Shown: piece by piece, positions 14,001 to 26,335 of the stretch
Numbering within the stretch: the first letter of the stretch is position 1
How the letters are laid out: each line of letters starts with the position of its first letter
Assembly (NCBI GenBank): GCA_002633005.1
Contig: NMRA01000033.1
Span: forward strand, 1,040,968-1,104,967
Length of the DNA stretch: 64,000 nucleotides
Origin: Phoronis australis
Lineage: Eukaryota; Animalia; Phoronida
Reading direction: 5' to 3'
The notes under the pieces: model-generated
The model's database searches: none
Told to the model about the DNA's origin: nothing
Seen by the model: only the letters and a program-made list of their open reading frames with translations
Made by a program: the position numbers and the translations under genes

Positions 14001-17000
14001 GTCAAATTTATTCTTCTTTACCTAAGCTTAGGAATTGAAAATGAAGACGAGGTTCACTTGTTTTAGTCCCCAGCAGCCAGTACAGTTCACCATATAGTGC
14101 GAGTACCACTAAATACCCAGCCGCCATTATCCTATATACATGTACGTGTATTAGTGCATTAAGACCCACGAATGTGACTGTGAACTACGCTGAATTTGGG
14201 TGCATTGCCAATGGTACAAAAATGTTAATTAGTTAGCAAGGAATATTTGGTTTAAGACTTTAACTATTACGATACAACGGGGACCTGTTTATTCATGATT
14301 AAGCAGTTTCAAACCAAAAATAAGCGACTCACTAATCTTGTTTCACGCTCACCCACGTACGCTCTAAATGAAGTTTCGACACCTGTGCAAGCTATGTGTA
14401 GAATTCGAAAAAATCACATTATTTTAAATTTTTAGCGCATAGGTCGGAAAACGTACATGTACGCATCAGGGATTTAGACTCCATCTCGCATGCGTGTGTT
14501 TTATTTTCAAATATGGAGTATGCACTAACGTGTGTTGTTCAACGACGGTATCATCTGAGACAACAACGAAACTTAGCTTTAAATGTGACGTTAACGATGT
14601 TTAAAATCATTTCCCGAAATCAGTCCTAATGCCGAAACTCTCGCGTGGCACTCATACGCTGAGCTCACCGAGTAATGGTAGTGTATTTTAAACTGATTTA
14701 CTTAGAATGCCGTAGTCGCGGGCCTTGATTTTAGAGCACGCGTTTTTCAGACTTTAAAAACAATAACGTTCCTTTAAGCGAATTCTTACTTGGCAAGCCG
14801 TATGTAATTACTAAAGCTCTAATTCAGTCATATATTTGTAATCTGAATTTTGTAATCACGTGGTAACATTAACATATTGGCTGCCCAGTTACGCAGCGAG
14901 TGTCTGAAGACGACGAAACAAGCGTTTCGAAAAATTACACGAGAGAGTCATCGGAAATGTGGCACTTATGTTTTCTAATTTACCATAAAGAATCATTACA
15001 AAGTTCATTTGTGTACACGGTCAAATAAGACAAGGTATATCAGACTAGTTCATTACCCACGTATTAATCAAATGGCGTCTTCATCCCTAACATTGCACCA
15101 CATGATGAGGTATGATTATAATATCGTGTCTCCCAATTAGTAGATGTAGACGTATACAGTGTTTAATTGTATCGAAGGGAATCCCATGTTGTACACACTA
15201 GTACTCTGGCATTCAATCTAATTGACGTTAGATGTAAAGAAAAACTAATCTGCGAGAGTAATTTAAAAACTGGTGATGGATTATGACTCTTGGCTTTCCG
15301 CTCTCACAGGATGTACACAAGTGTACCTTTACAAAAGATTGATCACCCGTAATTTAAAGTTTCTTGGTAAAATGTACTTGCATACGTTAAGCCATCACAT
15401 TGCTCCCCAAAATTTTAGGATTAAGGTGGTTCGCAGCAAATCCCGTAGTTACTACTCGGAGTGCGTCGACTTGTGCCAATCAAAGATATACATGCACTCT
15501 GCGTTGTCGCACACTTCAATCATTTACCCGTGAGCCCGAGAGTGCAATCACAACCCCATGCCAGACTGGGTCTTCGGTAAACTGAGACTGTTAATGTGAA
15601 AAACAAACCCCCAAAAGGGGAGGGCCAGGCTCTCGCTTGTGAATAGGAAGGATGGATCAATTTTTATTTTTGGGTTTTCAGGTTGCGTTACTGATGCCGC
15701 GTGTCAAACGTTAAAATTTCTTCACTTTGCCGTCACAATTAATGGTAGAGTGTCGGTTTAACATGTACAACAGAAATCTGGCCTTACACTATGAGTCCCA
15801 CTTCACAATTACAGAGCAAAGCTTTGGTCACCTAATTAATTATGAGAGCATCACAGTCTAAAATAATTTACAGAAATTTCCCCATAACTAACAGTTATAT
15901 GTATACTGTCTTCATGACTCGGAGATTGTCACGTGACTCATTGCTTGACATTGAAATCGTGTTCGCTTTCAAACCTTGCTTACCCTTGTGTACACGCCTT
16001 TGTGCATATTTTAAAGGAAACTCGGGACATCGGCTAAAATTGATGCGGATGAGTGCCGGTCTCAACAGGAAAGGTAGAGGCCAAAACCAGCTGTGCTTAT
16101 TTACCATTTATCTTATAATGTCAAGTGATCATTTCTCATTTTGATAACTGAGATTCATTTTTTCTACTTCTGTGATTCGTAAATTCCCGCTTTGCCGAAC
16201 TATTCTTAGTTATTGGGGCGAAATGTCGTCGATTTCCTTGCCGTTTGAAAGTGAACCCACTCGTTGACGAGACGGCCTCGCCACCTGGCGTCTAACCGAT
16301 TGCCTATTGACAAGATTCTCAGCCCAACACAGATCAGCCAAGGCGGGCATTTGAGATATCACAGACTCGTGTACAGTCACGCGTTTTAATACTTGTTAAA
16401 ACAAAACAAATCTAACACCCATGTTTTCATTTTATGCCTTCCACGGATGTCAATCGGTTACCTCACGACAAATAAATTCACATTTTATACACATGAGGTC
16501 AAAATCGATAACAAAACGAGTCGGTTAGCTAAGATAACACGAAAACTTAGTCTGTTGCTAAGCCCAGCTGGACGCAATGTCTTGCACTAGTATGTATCTC
16601 TCTTTTGATTCTAAATTACAAAGCAGACCTTGTTGCAAGTGTCATGGAGGAAATTTAGCAATTAGGAAAATTTATTTGCAACTGAATCTATCGTTTCGCG
16701 TACTATATCTCTCTAACATCTCATTGAACAAAATCTACACATGCGAAATTATTTTCCGATTGGGACTTCAACTTTAATAAAATATTAATAAGGCGAAAAA
16801 AACGTTGGTTCTGGTAGATGATTTTTTTCGAGTGTGTGGCGCACTTATTTTTCTGGTATTCACTTTTTCAAACTGAAAACATTAATTCAACTGGCCTGAG
16901 ACGAGCAAAATGATACATGTATGGACTTTTTTGTGTTTATTTGCCCATAGCGTTTGAATTATTTGGCGTTTGAATTGTTTACCCTTGCTCACGTGCCTCT

Positions 17001-18323
17001 GTGTTGGATTTTTTCATAAAACAAGGAACCGGCTGAAATTGATGCAGAACTCGGCGTTTTTTTATTTTTTGTAGAAGAGCACATGTCTCAAAATGAGTCG
17101 GGGTAAAGACCAAGCGAAGGTTCGGCAGACTCGAGAAGCTCACGAAAACGCAAAACTTCACAAGACAGATTCATGTACTACAAGCGATGCGCATGATCAC
17201 ACTAGCTTCCTTCACGAGATTCTTGCGTTTATGGAACTCATTTAACTCCAGAATCAACTTAGCTGTTTTGACATAACTGTTGGTTTTAAACTGCATTACC
17301 CTAGTAAGGTGTCGAGTTCCTTCGGTTTCAGACATGTTTGAGCTCACAGCCTGTGGTGTAATTCATTAAAACGTTTTTATCATTACTATCGTAATTATCG
17401 GCACATTATGAGGTCATTATTTTGCTTCGTAGAAATCTCATTATCCACGAAAAGCGAAAAAATGCGGTTAAAATAACGTTTTACGTTATCTATACGCCTA
17501 GATATTTAAAATGGTTACTGAAACATTCCTAACCGTACCACTCAAGCGGCAGAAATCCTCACCACGCGCGTCGTTTCACTTTGAGAAACCACTATGGTCA
17601 GTGAACCCCTCAAGGGATCGGTAATACCTCGACAGTAAATTAGGGGTCATCGAGATTGAATGAAAAATATTGTGTTTGTTGTGCCGCTTTCCATTACAAT
17701 AGTTAACATGCTTAGCATTCAAACCTAGTGCATCTTTTCACATACAGACTCCTCCACAACCCACTCCTCCCAGGAACCTGAACAGTGTTTCAAATTCTTA
17801 TCCATTCTTGTGTCGAAGTTTGTAGCCGAAACAATATATTCTATCAATAGGACGGGAAAGACCATGAAATGACGACACGTTTGCTGGAAGGGCAGCTGCT
17901 AGAAAATGACAACCAATCCCTCCCAATTGTGAGCAGTCAGGATACACGAGGTGCGATTTTGGACTAAGTGCACTTTTGTTACTTCAAGTAAACACTTCAA
18001 GATCTCTTTGTATTTATGTTCTTTATACCAATGAAAAAACATTCTCCCTCCACGCGTCAAAATGATAATGAATACAATTAATTGTCCTGACTGAAATGGA
18101 TCTCAACTGCCAGTTGGTATTGAGCACGCATCCCTCGTGCCACCCGTTCCGACTGCGGGCTTGCTAAACTATTGATTTACAGCAAAACGTTATAACGTGC
18201 TGATTAATAGCTTTTATTGGAACTTTCAGGTGGCTACGTTATTTTGGCAAATACATTGGCAGCTGTCATATATCTATTAGACAGACGTTCATCAGTTATA
18301 AACCATGACCGTTTAATATTATG

Positions 18324-18549
18324 GAATATTAAATGCGAAAAATACAATTCACAACTTCTGAAACTGATTGGTTCCCATGTTACTTTCGTCGCCCTCTGCT
18401 GGTGGTCATTGTCAGCAAATTGCAAGGCCATGGACCATGAATTAGTGATCATTCCCCTGCTGTAGAAGGAACCACGCGGCTTCGCAACATCTGTAATATT
18501 TCAGTAAGTTCCAGAAGTTGTGATTTATATTTTTGGCATCTAGTTATTC
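18324..18549. mobile_element. MITE-like element with ~40-bp imperfect terminal inverted repeats
   Basis: left AAATGCGAAAAATACAATTCACAACTTCTGAAACT versus reverse complement of right end AGATGCCAAAAATATAAATCACAACTTCTGGAACT. Confidence 0.55.
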
Positions 18550-18717
18550 ACGTGGACGAATGACAATGTCGATCCTCTAAGCCGAAGATTATTAATATCC
18601 GCTAATATGGATGACACCGTGGTGTACACGTAGACTCTTTATTTGCATGACAACTGGTTAGCTAAGTGCCGTTCAGTGCTTGCCTTACCTGTGGGAGTTA
18701 ACACCACTGCTAACCAG

Positions 18718-18868
18718 CCTCCCGTTCAGTAACGTTAGGACCTCGCTAAAAACCAAGACTTCGCGAGATTACGTGAGATATTGCCGTGCTCTTTAAATGA
18801 GAACACGTGACTTTGACTAGGTTTTAGCTAGGTCCTAGCGTAGGTCCTAGCGTCTACTGAACGCACGC
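18718..18868 (+). mobile_element. CNG-flanked MITE family, copy A (151 bp)
   Basis: inverted repeats CGTTCAGTAACG(C/T)TAGGACCT / AGGTCCTAGCGTCTACTGAACG; 6 differences from copy D; flanks CAG / CCG. Confidence 0.9.
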
Positions 18869-21800
18869 CCGCTGGGTTGTCCCCAACTAGTCACATTCCT
18901 ATTACCCGGCCACACTGTGACGGGTCCGGTCACTGAGCTTGACCGGAAACCTGCATTCTCAGTACTGTTTTAACCCATTTGTCCGTTTTGTGTACATGTA
19001 TCTACCTGGTCAATTTACCTTATTTTAAAGTCCCTTGGGTTGTGTACATGTACACGTACCTGTCAGGTGCTGAATTCGTTGACATTTCAACTGTCTTTGC
19101 TCTAGCCCATGTGCTAGGTGACCCGGCGACTAACACCCATCTGCTATCGCGTGCATTTACATGTACCTACCTGGTATAAACTATACCAGAGGTTTCTACA
19201 AACAGGCCCATTGGGCGTACATAAGGACAATTTTCATAGACACCGAGTGCGTGCATTTGGAAAAATGATCATTGTTAAATCAACTAAAATTCTCCAGTTC
19301 CATAGGAGACTAAAGTAAAATTTCAACAGTAAACTCCGATTGTTCCAGCGGCGACAATCATATATCGATAATGTTGTGTATTTACTTGTTTGTTTTACCG
19401 CCAGGTGGCAGAGTACTGATACATATACACACATCCGTGGTATCCTGGCTGTACCCATCTGGTACGTTCCACAACTATAGCATGTCAAATGACAAAAGCC
19501 TTGCCCAGAATTTGCCAAAACATCAAGTTGAACGTGAAATAAATAATACTTGCGTTGCTTTACTTTTGTTTCATACGTGTGTGTGAGAATAATTTGGGGT
19601 CTAGTTAAAGCCGAGTCTAAATACATAGCGAACTAAAAGCGCTTTCGGAAATGATACCAAACCCCAATTTATAATTAATGTTTTGATCTAACACCCATTC
19701 TCTCGCTTGACTTTGTGATTACTGTATTTTTCAAGAAGCTTATGTTCAAGTTACGTTGTTTATTGCGCTGTAAAAAAGTAATCTAGAAAACAATCCGGGG
19801 AAAACTGAACTTTAATTTGTTCTTGGAGAAATAATCGTTGCAGCATAGATTTCGGCTCTATATAAATCGAGGCTAAAAGCCACAGGCAGTCCTTTCGACC
19901 CGTCAGGTTCAGAGGGCAACCATCCCATGAAGGAGTTTTTCATTGTCAACCATTTTGTTTACATGGCGTTTATCGCCGCGATATGGCCATTGCAGTATAA
20001 TGTCAAACCGCAGTGGCATCCGCGGCCAAAATGTCAGCGAATTGATTTTACACAAAAGAGTGCTTAAGTTTACAAACGCGGACTTTTTATTAAATGATAT
20101 AAACCACCGCCGGAATGTGACCAGCGAACCTTAGTAACGACACTGTACTAGTGGGTATAACTTGCAAGTAGCGTCCTGAAAAAACATTTGAAGCTCGTGA
20201 ACTTGAATAAAATTTCGCTCATGCCAGCCTCACGGTAAAAAATCGAGTGCTACTCTTTCAGAAAATGTCAGATGTATGACGATTCTTAGTTACATAGTTT
20301 GAGTTGAGATGGTTAACATTTTGATGACGTGCATTTTGAAAGTTCATTTTAAAGCGCCTCTAACTCTTTCGGCTTTGATAAAGCAAATCAATCCATTTCT
20401 TAATCGTTTTCCTGTTACCCTCTCATCATGCGAAACGTTATGTCTGCGCAGTGAATGCGATAACAGAGCGAACCGAAAGCAGAAATGCAACATTAATATC
20501 GTTGAATATTCCTTAAGGATTCCCCTGAATTTTTAACTCATCAATTAAGGTCTGCCGATAGAGCACATACCTTAGTTTTTAAACAATCTTTCTTTTGACA
20601 AAATCTCGAAGTCAACCAGATGATCGTCTACATGCACGTGCATGTCGAAAATTATGAGTAATGTGAACAATTCATTGAGTGTAAATCGGCACAGGATTAT
20701 TACGAAATCAATTCTTCGACATGAACATCTTCTTCAAGTTAAGTGACTCTGCAATCCGTAACAAATTTACAAACGGTGAGACATCGGTTCCTGAATTTTA
20801 CACGTTATTTTCAGTTTCTACCTTGATTAATGAAGGCGATTACTCAACTAACAAGATGCAAGATACGCTGTTAGCCAATTTCTCTGGGTTGTTTATTTAT
20901 TAACGTTTTTATGTTTAAACGCATTTAGCCTACTTCGCAGTTGATTTGGGAAATGTTCACTCATCAATTGCAAGATCATTAGATACCTCGCAGTCTCATT
21001 CACTTTGCCATTAGCCACGCCGGCAATTAAAATATCACCAAAAGGAGGCAAGTATTACTTACATTACTCCATAAACAAAAGTATTACCCAATAAAACGAG
21101 TACTTACCTGTTCACACCTTTCACTTTGATATCCCAGCTTTTTATGTAACAACGCAATTATTCCACCACTTCAACAGTAACAAGTTTCTTCAAGTCGTTT
21201 ATCAGTTAAGTCCCGAAATTCCACAGTTTTAAGATAACAACCTCGCAGCTGCGGCTGGTTTTCTGTACAAACCATTTTAAATTTTCCAAACACTGTTATT
21301 TATAATCTCAATCCGGTTTCTAATCAAGAGCCAATCTTGTACGGCACCTACACTACACACGCCAGAAGAGTTGAGAAAAAATGAAACAACGCACTCACTG
21401 TTGACCGGTCGTGTGGTGATATTGAAGTATCCTTTCAAGAGCGTATTGCCGGAGATTTGAACTGCACTGCATCCCTCAAAAGGTTTATGATTTATACGTT
21501 GAAAGCCTTATCGCATCTCACAGCGATAAGGAAGCGGCGTACGCATAAAACCGACAGTCCCGTACCATTTTTCTGAGTATTAATAAATTTCATCAACCCG
21601 AAGCCCACCCTATTTGTCATTTTTAATATCAGGTTTATAAAATTAAAAATGGAATTATTTAGGAAGCTGCACATAACATTTTAACAATGCGCAACTTACT
21701 AGCATAACCAGTCATGCACTCGTTTCTACCAAGATAGAAACTCGACGTAGGTCAACTGTACATATAAAAAATCTGGAACTGGGCAATTTGCACGGACATA

Positions 21801-22510
21801 AGTTTCACTAATTCAGCCTTAAACTTTTAAGTCGTTGCTGCCTCAGGAAGACAGAGCAAAGTTTTAAAGGAAATATAATGTTCAGTTTTCAGTCTTCAAA
21901 AGTGAATACTAGTAAACAAACAACATTTTTCTCAATATTTGTGATTCAAATGTGGTATTGAACAGTTTGATAAGAAACACAAAGTTAACGAAGCGAAGTC
22001 AATTTCAGTTTTGTATAAAATGCATCGCTTCTAATCACATACACTATAAAATGGTGTTTTCACACGTGGAGTTAGATACGTTACCCTATGGCACTCCCTT
22101 CACATGATACAGCTAGGGGACGATTACCCTGCCTCACAGCGCCACCTATACGACAATGTAACCCTATGAAATGATGAACGACGTACGTTATGCCCTTTGT
22201 GTAGGCATCAGTGCGCCGGTCTTAGTTTGGATGTTTGCCCTATATGTACAGAAGGTAATAACCGGAAAAAGTACAATGAATCGTTTTGTTGTTTTGTTCA
22301 AGTTTGACACCTGGACATCTTGCGCGTGTCAAAACTCGAAATGTGTGGAATGCATCGATTTAGCTTGTTCTACTTGTGGTTGAAACAACCATAAGTTACG
22401 AAGGAATTTCTCAATAGATGGAGCAGCCTGCTGCTGCATTTCTTAACATCTTTGGATGTTTTATCTCTACCAATCGGAATGTCCAAGTGCTACTTCGTTA
22501 TGATAATTAA

Positions 22511-22993
22511 CAGTGGCGTGCAGAAGGGTGGGTGGGGGTTTGCAACGGGGTTACGGCAGCGGGCATCCACATCGGGGAGCATCAAAACACTATGAATATC
22601 TATTTTGAAATTGTGGCTAGTTTTTAGTTAACTTGAATTATTTATGTTTCATTTTTTTACTGTTCTTGGTACCACGACCTATGCAGCTGAGTAGCGAGAG
22701 GACCAATGGCAGATCCACGTTTTCAGGGGAGGGGGTGTGGGTTAGGAATCCGAGGAGCACGGCGTAGCGCCGAGCGGAGGGAAGGTCGGGACGGGGTTTC
22801 CCTCCTCCCGTGCAAGATTTTTTTTGGTTTTTAGTACCTGATTTTGTTTTCCTGGCGACATTTTTTAATTTTTATTTTTGATTCTGTCCCGAGGGGGGTT
22901 TGAGCCCCCTGAACCTCCCCATACATCCGCCCCTGACTGAGGACATCCAACATAAAGTTGCCCAGGGTATCACCAAACCTCAGCACGCTACTG
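22511..22993. mobile_element. hAT-like MITE (outer element of a nested pair)
   Basis: TIRs CAGTGGCGTGC / GCACGCTACTG; degenerate 8-bp TSD ATAATTAA / CTAATCAA (6/8). Confidence 0.65.
22704..22939 (+). mobile_element. MITE (CAGTGGCAGATC family) nested inside the 22511-22993 element
   Basis: homologous along its length to 38067-38309; ends CAATGGCAGATCC / CATCCGCCCCTG(ACTG); AGGAC on both flanks. Confidence 0.75.
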
Positions 22994-24526
22994 CTAATCA
23001 ATGAGAACCCGCGTCACAGAGATCGCACGTTACACGATCAATCCACAGTGCTGCCTCTCGTAACATTGGAAATGAGTGCACGTGACACTAGGAGTCCCAC
23101 GTGATCTATTCCTTTTTCTTCCTGAAGTCTACTTAAAACTTGGAGACTGTAAACGCAGTCCAGCAGATTTCTAATCTTTGAAAGTAACCAGTTGTTTTTG
23201 CTTTGGGTTAAGGACGGAATGTCCTTACGATAAAGTCTGACGAGGTTCATTTTTAAATATTTAAGCAACGCAATAGTTGATGCTTTTTAGTTTGACAACT
23301 TAAGAAGCGCGCTCAAATTTGTGAGAGTTATCAACACAGAAAATTAACTCTTTCGTTGAATACATTTTGCAGGCAATATTTGTAAAACTGAGATAACTTC
23401 ATTTTAAATTAAAGAAATCACTAAAATATAACACCATGTACCTGCGTAAATTAGTAATTGTGTTAGAAACGTCTCAAGCATTTCAACGCTACTGTGTGGC
23501 GAAAGAATTATTTTACCGCAGTGCCCTCTTTTGAGACCGATGAACACAATCACTATGTACACATTTGCGAGGTTTAGAAACAGAAAGATTCACCAATCGA
23601 AAGAAATCACTGAAATACCCACGTACAGGTGTTTGCGTTTTTAGGACCACCTGTTAGCCTGGATGGCAGACATCCAACAAATCTTAAACAGTAGTTATCG
23701 AAACAATTTCGTGATCGCGCCTCTAAATTCCTGCTGCGACCCCCTAAACTGCAGTCCCAGACCAGCTGACAGCAAATCCGCGGTTAAAAGCCCCCAAATC
23801 CGAACCCGCCTTAAACAGTACACACGCACAATTACCATTCCCTAGTCTCAGGATCTTCCAAGCTCTCGCCTCTATATTCCAATTGCGCACTAGAGGTACG
23901 GCCTTGAAATCTGGTCGCCATGATTGGAGTTTAGTCATTTTCGGCGCCGGTGGAGTTAGGATACGGTGTTGGTGTTTTTACTCCGGGTTTTGGTGTTTGT
24001 GAATCCGGGAATGGAGTTCAGGGATTGCCTGCTAGGCGCGTTTATGGAATTGTTTCCTCCCTTGAAACAGCTTCGTTATTACTAAATTTGTGTATTGTTG
24101 GTAATGCCAACTACTAAACAAGGGTAAACCAGATTTTCTGTCTAGGTGTTGTACTTCCAACCATTGTCAAAATGTGTTACGGAACCAGAATGACGTAACT
24201 ACATCCTGGTATATGTTACTGCTACATACGACTAATTCTACGCGTTAAAAGTACATAAGTGCTGTAAATCTGCTTTCTGACTTAAAAATTAACGTCAACT
24301 TGTTCTTTTTAGAATTTTAAGTTTTTTCTCGGATGTAGAGATATTTTTTTGTTTTAGATTATGCTCGGTGCAAAAAGTAAAACTCCGGGTCAAGCAGAAG
24401 TTTAGAAACCAATTCTAATCCGGATAAGGAACAAGTAATATTGCTTTAAATCTGCAGTTATTTTTGGCCGAAGATGAGATTAAAACATGAATTGTGTGTT
24501 GTTGCTACATCCACGTTTGTCCTTAG

Positions 24527-26335
24527 CTACAGGCGTCCATCGTGCACTCTGACGAGGTGCTTGTAGCGAGGTATCTTCGAAGAGTCGTCTTGGATGGCAA
24601 CTTTCACTTTCGTACCATGGACATTATTCGGCGTAATCCCAATCGATCCACGTTTTAATTTAGGAATGTTTGACTTCGTCGCTCTATCTTTGCTAACCTT
24701 ATTAGAAACTTTTGCAGCGTTTTGCGATAGGTCTTTATTGCTGGAAAGCTCACTGCTGGTCACGTCGTGTTCTTGCACCGCCACTTTCGGTAATTTGGCA
24801 TCGGTAATTCCACGAGCATTATTGTTTTGTTTGGGACTTGAAGATTCGATCTTCGTCTTTTTACCTTTACTGTTTTTCGAGACATTTAAATTTTCAGCTT
24901 TATTTAGTGTAGTATCCTTGTCTTTCGACTCTGAACTATTGTCTGAAATGGTGGCTGCTTCAGTAGTTTTCGATGATTGTTTGTTCTGATGGCTCGTTAG
25001 AGTTCTACTTATGGTACGAGTATCAAAGTTAGGAGAAGACATAATGCTTGTGGTCGTTCCATCGCGAGGAGACTGAGGTCCGCTTGATAACGCTTTACCC
25101 ATAATACTTTTCATTCTGTCAGTGTTGGTAATAAGTAGTGCCAATTCTTTTTCCTTTTTTCGAACCTCGTCCTTGCCAACTGCGATAGTTCTTTCGAGCG
25201 ACGCTATTTCGAGTGACACAGTGTCAACTAAACGTATGAAGTTCGGTTTAATCTCACCTTCCAAGCAATAGTCCTCCAAGAGAATCGCCTTGCGGTAATC
25301 GACTAAGAACATGCGATTTCTGTAGCCAGATAAACTTGCCTTTAGTTGCGCAATTTCCGTAACCGTCTTCGAATACTCTTCACTTCCTTTTTGAAATTGT
25401 TTCATTCTGCTGTGTAACATTTTAGTATGTTTTATACAAGCTTTATATTGCGAGTCAAGCTTCACATTCTCTTCCTCTGTAACAACTCTTTCATGTTCAA
25501 GGATTTCTTGCCTTTTTTCTCGAGCCTGCAAAACTAAGTGCTTTTCTCTCAGCACCTTAAGCAACTGCTCGTCTCGCAATAGGTCTCGTGACAAACTGTT
25601 TATGATTTCCCTGAGTTCTCCTGTATTCTTCTCAAAAGCACTGCGATTTTGCGTCGGGGTCAACACATTTGGATAAATTTTATTGGCTAATGTCCACCAG
25701 TCTTTTGCTAATTCCACAGATTTGTAACACTTTACAAACACATCAGGTATAAGGCGGAAAACAGGTTCAAATTTATCACGCTTTGGGAACGATGATATAT
25801 CGTAATGGCTGTCAGGATCGAAGTCGGCGACGTTGATTTGTCCATCCGAAAGTATTCGCTCCCATTGTTGATTAAGCTGAAACATGATGCTGACTTTTCG
25901 AAAAAGTTTTCCCTTCAGATTCAATTCGTCCTCTGGCGTCAGGACTTCGTTCCCTCGCTCAGTTTCTCCAATAGTGGTCATTTCGTCACGATGGTTATAA
26001 ACATCATCCAGAGGATTGTAAAAGTAATCGTAAAGACACTTGTATATTCGCTCGTCAAAGTAAGACTTGAGAGTTTTCATGAAAGACACGTCGTTAAAAA
26101 AGGACTCAAAATACTTGACCACATGCGTTTCTTCGTCTTTTAGAATTCCCTTTCTCTTGTTCGAGCTGTTCTGTAGTTGCGTCAGTGCTTCCCTGAGTTT
26201 GGAGATGGAGTTGACGACTTCAACCACCGTTGACTTGTCATCTTTAACGATCTTCGTCCCTCGTATTGTGGCAATGCCGTTCGTAACAGCCTGGAATAAA
26301 CCAGGACAAACTAAAGTGACGCTAGCTTGTGACAT
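24527..26335 (-). CDS. uncharacterised 602-aa protein: helical N-terminal domain, central coiled coil, basic Ser-rich disordered tail with two SxIP motifs
   Basis: 1.8-kb stop-free ORF in AT-rich DNA; in-frame TGA directly before the ATG; heptad-like E/K/L-rich centre (about aa 235-415); SNIP and SKIP near the C-terminus; family not recognised. Confidence 0.8.
   Translation of the reverse strand: MSQASVTLVCPGLFQAVTNGIATIRGTKIVKDDKSTVVEVVNSISKLREALTQLQNSSNKRKGILKDEETHVVKYFESFFNDVSFMKTLKSYFDERIYKCLYDYFYNPLDDVYNHRDEMTTIGETERGNEVLTPEDELNLKGKLFRKVSIMFQLNQQWERILSDGQINVADFDPDSHYDISSFPKRDKFEPVFRLIPDVFVKCYKSVELAKDWWTLANKIYPNVLTPTQNRSAFEKNTGELREIINSLSRDLLRDEQLLKVLREKHLVLQAREKRQEILEHERVVTEEENVKLDSQYKACIKHTKMLHSRMKQFQKGSEEYSKTVTEIAQLKASLSGYRNRMFLVDYRKAILLEDYCLEGEIKPNFIRLVDTVSLEIASLERTIAVGKDEVRKKEKELALLITNTDRMKSIMGKALSSGPQSPRDGTTTSIMSSPNFDTRTISRTLTSHQNKQSSKTTEAATISDNSSESKDKDTTLNKAENLNVSKNSKGKKTKIESSSPKQNNNARGITDAKLPKVAVQEHDVTSSELSSNKDLSQNAAKVSNKVSKDRATKSNIPKLKRGSIGITPNNVHGTKVKVAIQDDSSKIPRYKHLVRVHDGRL

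Noticed and set aside
12660-14070. cluster of short ORFs suggesting a pseudogene
   Set aside because: Hand translation of several frames gave stop density near random and no recognisable motif.
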